A DNA stretch of 27,083 nucleotides from a bacterium (GTDB lineage Bacteria > Nitrospirota > Thermodesulfovibrionia > Thermodesulfovibrionales > BMS3Bbin05): NCBI GenBank assembly GCA_050268805.1, contig JBLNHB010000343.1, positions 1-27,083 on the forward strand. The letters are read 5' to 3'. Below the pieces are notes generated by a model that saw only the letters and a list, made by a program, of their open reading frames with translations, did not search any database and was not told where the DNA came from. The position numbers and the translations under genes were made by a program. This document shows, piece by piece, positions 23,119-27,083 of the stretch (position 1 is its first letter; each line of letters starts with the position of its first letter).

Positions 23119-25795
23119 TGCTTTCTCCCTCTTCCCGGTCGAGTTTATATCCATAATCAACACGGAGCGGACCCACGGGTGTCATGTACCTCAGTCCAAG
23201 GCCTGTAGTATACTGATAGTCGCCGAGATTGATATCACTTGTCTTTATCCATACATTACCGGCATCGAGAAACATCACGAGTCCAAAACCCCAGCCGACA
23301 TCTGTCCTCAGCTCAATGTTATTCATGAGCATTGCATTGCCTCCGGTCGGTGTTCCATCAGAACCCTTCGGCCCGAGGGTATCCTGGGCATATCCCCGTA
23401 CGGTGTTCCGTCCGCCAAGGAAAAACCTCTCCACAATGGGAAGATCCGTAGTGTCATTGTATCCCCGCGCGAGCCCTCCCCTGAACGAAAGGGCAAGGGT
23501 GAGCGGCTTCAAGACGGCATGATAGTAATTAACATTGAATTCAGTTTTTGTAAAATCAGTTTCAGAAAAAATATACTGTGAGGCGACTTGAAAAAGCAAT
23601 CCGACAAGTACTCCCTTCTTTGGGTTGAACGGGTTGTCCCGAGAGTCATAAATGATCCCCGGACCGATCTTTGAAATATTGACCGTACCGGTATCTTCGG
23701 GCGTTAATACAGCATCCGGCTGGACATTATACGTGTTGACCACGGAGAATGAATAGAGCAGTTCTCCCCGGACCCTCTCCGAGAGATTTTCTGAAAAATT
23801 GGCAGTGGCAGATTTCTTCTTTGCCTTGTAGATCACCTCGCCGGTATCAATATTTTTTTCGGTCTTTCTCTCCTGAATGAGATTTATCCTCAGGCTGACC
23901 GGACCATACGCTCCGGTAGTATAGTACAGCCATGGCTCATAGGCACTCAGAATATATTTCTCGGAAATGGTGGTCAACTCAGTACGGAACTTCCCCTCCC
24001 TATTCATGCCGAAGAAATTCCTGTAACTGATATCAAAAAACCCGCGGTATTTCTCATAGTCTCCGTAGCCGACACCAAACTCCACAGCCCCTGCTTTGGA
24101 TTCCTTGACGTCCAGAACAACACTTCTTGCTGTGCCCCCCTCATCGATGGTATGGTATTTAATATCCGAAAAGAGCCCAAGCTTATAGAGTCGCTGGGTA
24201 TTCCGCTGCAAGAGCACATCACTGAAAGGCTCTCCTTTCTTATTTAACAGTTGCCGGGAGATTACCTGCGTTCTCACGGTGGCGTTCCCGCGAACCAGCG
24301 TGTAACCGAAGAGGTACTGATTCCCTTCCTCTATGTGAAACTCAAGAGAAACGCGATTCAGACCAAAGAGCTGCTTCACCTGAACATCCGCATCCAGGTA
24401 TCCCCGTTGTTTATATAGGTTGAGGATTGCAAGACGCGAGTCAGATATATCGATCTCATTGTATGGCATAAGCGGTTTCACTTTCACTACCCGGTAGATT
24501 TCGGCGGCTGGGAGAACGCTGTTTCCTCTCAGCACCACCTCCCGAATGAGAATCTGGGTCCCTTCATTTATTCGCAAGGAAAGGACCGCTTTTGTCTTTG
24601 ATTCATCATAGCTATAACTTACGTCCTCGACCTTTGCATCAAGGTATCCAAGCGCACTATAGAACTCCTGCACGGCCTCGACGTCTCGGTCGACCGCATC
24701 AGGATTGAAAGGGTCGCCCTCCTTGAGAGAGAGTATCCCCTTGATTCTCTCATCCCCAATCATGCCTCCCTCGAGAGTGATCGCATCGAGATACACCCGG
24801 GGACCTTCGTAGATAAAGAACGTGATTTCCGGGGAATCCGCCTGCGCATTGATGACGGGCGCTACCTGGGCAAATACAAAACCTGCCTGGTGATAGAGGT
24901 TCACGATTCTTGAAACAGCTTCTTCAATGAGCTCGGTCCTGATGGAACTGGCCTCCCAGAAAGACATTTCTTCCATCAGCCGGGAGTCAGAATAGTGAGA
25001 ATTCCCCTTGATGATGACCATGAGAATGCTCCCCAGAGCGACTTGAACCTCAAGAACTCCATCATCGAATGTATATGGGCCGATCCCCGGATCATAGTAG
25101 CCTTCCTCGCGGCAGACTTTTTTTATCTTCTCAAACCGCTCCTGCAGGACCGTCCGGTCAAAGATGTCTCCGGGAAATATATTCAGTTTCAGCGTGATTC
25201 TTTCAAGTTCAAAGGGATCTTCAATCCCGGTAATTACAACTTTCTTTACCAGGAGCGGCTTCCCCTCCTCTACCCTGAGCGTCAGTTGCACCGTGTGCTT
25301 CTCGTGATCATACCGCGCTGAACTCGTCACAGCGATGTCAGGATACCCCTTCTCTGCGATCGAACTTTTCAGCTTCGCCAGTGCATCGGGAAGCGCAGAT
25401 TCATAGAAGAATTGGCCTTCCTGGATGGAGAAAGCTTTCAGGATATCCTTCTTCCATAACGTTACCAATCCTTTAACCTTGATTGTGCTGATCACATACT
25501 TTTCTTTTACCTGAATGATGATTTTCGAAGGATCACGGTCATCCTGGATAACCACGACATCTTCAAAGCTCTCGGTGAGAAATACCCGCTTGATTCCCTG
25601 CCGGATACTTTCCCGATCGAGGGGAGCATTGACCTGCACGCCAAAGAGATCGCGGAATTCCTGTGTGCTCATTCTCGTGAGACCGGTCACCTCAATTTCT
25701 CTGATAATAACGTCCTCGGGACTTGCAGGAGCAATCTTAATGCAGAAGAGAAGTAAAAGGAATATCGGCCAGGCAATATATTTAATCATGCTCAT
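23081..25795 (-). CDS. bamA: Omp85-family outer membrane assembly factor (BamA/TamA-like) with about 7 POTRA repeats
   Basis: Signal peptide, repeated POTRA patterns (I.G...Y...GY...V.EG), ERFFLGG-NTVRGY lid-lock, C-terminal HFSIGQAF. Confidence 0.9.
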   Translation of the reverse strand: MSMIKYIAWPIFLLLLFCIKIAPASPEDVIIREIEVTGLTRMSTQEFRDLFGVQVNAPLDRESIRQGIKRVFLTESFEDVVVIQDDRDPSKIIIQVKEKYVISTIKVKGLVTLWKKDILKAFSIQEGQFFYESALPDALAKLKSSIAEKGYPDIAVTSSARYDHEKHTVQLTLRVEEGKPLLVKKVVITGIEDPFELERITLKLNIFPGDIFDRTVLQERFEKIKKVCREEGYYDPGIGPYTFDDGVLEVQVALGSILMVIIKGNSHYSDSRLMEEMSFWEASSIRTELIEEAVSRIVNLYHQAGFVFAQVAPVINAQADSPEITFFIYEGPRVYLDAITLEGGMIGDERIKGILSLKEGDPFNPDAVDRDVEAVQEFYSALGYLDAKVEDVSYSYDESKTKAVLSLRINEGTQILIREVVLRGNSVLPAAEIYRVVKVKPLMPYNEIDISDSRLAILNLYKQRGYLDADVQVKQLFGLNRVSLEFHIEEGNQYLFGYTLVRGNATVRTQVISRQLLNKKGEPFSDVLLQRNTQRLYKLGLFSDIKYHTIDEGGTARSVVLDVKESKAGAVEFGVGYGDYEKYRGFFDISYRNFFGMNREGKFRTELTTISEKYILSAYEPWLYYTTGAYGPVSLRINLIQERKTEKNIDTGEVIYKAKKKSATANFSENLSERVRGELLYSFSVVNTYNVQPDAVLTPEDTGTVNISKIGPGIIYDSRDNPFNPKKGVLVGLLFQVASQYIFSETDFTKTEFNVNYYHAVLKPLTLALSFRGGLARGYNDTTDLPIVERFFLGGRNTVRGYAQDTLGPKGSDGTPTGGNAMLMNNIELRTDVGWGFGLVMFLDAGNVWIKTSDINLGDYQYTTGLGLRYMTPVGPLRVDYGYKLDREEGESSGEIHFSIGQAF

Positions 25796-27083
25796 CTGAA
25801 CTCGAATCTGAACTTTATGTCACCTCCGAGAGATCCGGTCGACTCCTGAAACCCAACCAGGGAGGTGTTCTTATCAAGTTGATATTCAACCTTAATGACA
25901 TCTGCCTGATCGGTGCCGACCGTTGAAGAATAGGTCAGATAGAGCTTATCTCCGATCAATCGCTTGGCTACGGTAAACTTTGGACTGATGGATCCTGTCT
26001 TGTCCTGGATATAGGGCTCTACCTCAAACCGGTCAAAGCCGGTTATCGAAGTGAGCCTTTCCTCAACTGCATTCTGGTAAGCCGATGTAATGAAAGAAGT
26101 GGCTTCAGATGTTCCCATCTCGCCTTCGATTCCTTTCTTCTTTCCGCTTCCGACTTCTCCCACCGTAAGGAGCGAGAGTATGTCTGTCTGGTCAAGCGGC
26201 GGATCCGACAGGAGTGCCAGGTTGAACCGTTCAAGCTGTCCTTCAAGAGTTATTCTGATGTTATATCCCTTGACCACGGTGAGAGCCGAGATATCGTAGT
26301 AGGGATTTATCTTTTCCTGGTCGATGAAATCAGCGCTCGCGTGAATGATGTCGAATTTATTCTTCCGGAAATACACGGACCCCTTTTCCGTCTCAATTCT
26401 GCCGAATAAAATCGGCTTCGCGACTGTTCCTCTCAGGAGCAGGTCAAGCTTCAGGGAGGTCCTGGCAATGTTGTTATCGATAACGATGTTCTTGTCTCCA
26501 TCGACTTTTATATTCAGCTCTGTTTGCTGAAAGGGAGTCAGCGTTCCCTTCGGTTTCTCCTGCACTCTTGATTTCAGTATCTGAGCACCCCAGTCTATCC
26601 GCTCTGTATACCTCGCTTGAAGGATTGCAGCCTGCCCTACGAGCGTGTATTTTCCCTGGTCCCCCCGGTACACGAGATTTCCGCTCAGGGTCGTCATGAA
26701 TCCCCTCGTGAACTTAAAGGTAACATCATGCAGCTCGGTGTCAAGATAAAACTTATCGACCGTGAACCCTTTGACGTACCCGTATCCTCTCAGGCTCATG
26801 TCTCCGCCCCCGATTTTTCCGGAGAGATCCTCAATAACGAAGCGGTTGTCGTCAATGTACAGATAACTTTTCAGGTCGTACATCCGGTAGGGGAAATCCT
26901 TGATCCCGAGGGAAGCGTCCTGGAAGGTGATACCTCCATTGATCAGGGGCGTCTCCCATTGCCCCCGAATTGACAGGACGAATGATCCTTTCCCCTTGAT
27001 TGCCTCTATGGATTTGAAAAGCCTCTTCAAGGGGGCCAAAAATGTATCTCCGTCAATCATAAGATCGAGCCTCTGAAGCGGCA
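25792..27083 (-). CDS. tamB: TamB (DUF490) C-terminal part, 5' end outside the window
   Basis: Frame is open to the window edge. P-L-G-I, LTLEGQL..L.L.SDPPLDQ.DILSLL, GKRL-DKLYLTY, VEYQL, GGDIKFRFEF. Stop overlaps the bamA ATG (ATGA). Confidence 0.9.
   Translation of the reverse strand, partial: PLQRLDLMIDGDTFLAPLKRLFKSIEAIKGKGSFVLSIRGQWETPLINGGITFQDASLGIKDFPYRMYDLKSYLYIDDNRFVIEDLSGKIGGGDMSLRGYGYVKGFTVDKFYLDTELHDVTFKFTRGFMTTLSGNLVYRGDQGKYTLVGQAAILQARYTERIDWGAQILKSRVQEKPKGTLTPFQQTELNIKVDGDKNIVIDNNIARTSLKLDLLLRGTVAKPILFGRIETEKGSVYFRKNKFDIIHASADFIDQEKINPYYDISALTVVKGYNIRITLEGQLERFNLALLSDPPLDQTDILSLLTVGEVGSGKKKGIEGEMGTSEATSFITSAYQNAVEERLTSITGFDRFEVEPYIQDKTGSISPKFTVAKRLIGDKLYLTYSSTVGTDQADVIKVEYQLDKNTSLVGFQESTGSLGGDIKFRFEFR

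Noticed and set aside
22748-23581. 277-aa plus-strand ORF
   Set aside because: Antisense to surA-N and bamA, Ser/Ile-rich shadow composition, no motifs.
1-27083. CRISPR array, rRNA, prophage or Sec-machinery genes
   Set aside because: No regularly spaced repeats, rRNA-like sequence, phage genes or selA/selB/selC/selD seen. The Sec call therefore depends on the rest of the genome.

Overview
Mostly housekeeping chromosomal region of a diderm, probably anaerobic bacterium. Gene content (LpxC, BamA/TamB, 2-oxoacid:ferredoxin oxidoreductase, NtrC-type activator, GalT-GlgA) suggests Nitrospirota or Desulfobacterota, which is an inference only. Left to right: NtrC-type response regulator and mtnP (-), lpxC (+) with a consensus sigma54 promoter, an unannotated 25-aa Lys/Ala peptide downstream of a wHTH-nucleotidyltransferase gene (-), a decayed IS200-type transposase with a 21-bp inverted repeat, tRNA-Leu(CAG), a ZIP transporter, a class I flavin disulfide reductase, ychF, rnz (-), galT-glgA-1395-aa sensor kinase-receiver-rlmD-hypothetical-ubiX, a Cys-rich small protein and TPR lipoprotein (-), a HAD phosphatase, OFOR beta/gamma and argA (+), then surA-N/bamA/tamB (-; tamB runs off the window). 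The best lead is the disulfide reductase at 6060-7439. The ORF track truncates it because an in-frame TGA sits exactly at the second Cys of its CxxxxC redox motif (GGTCLNTG-U-IPSK), followed by a SECIS-like hairpin, so it is a candidate selenoenzyme. The second lead is the wHTH-pseudo-nucleotidyltransferase plus histone-like micropeptide unit, which has a possible antisense promoter. No database searches or folding programs were run; all structures were paired by eye.
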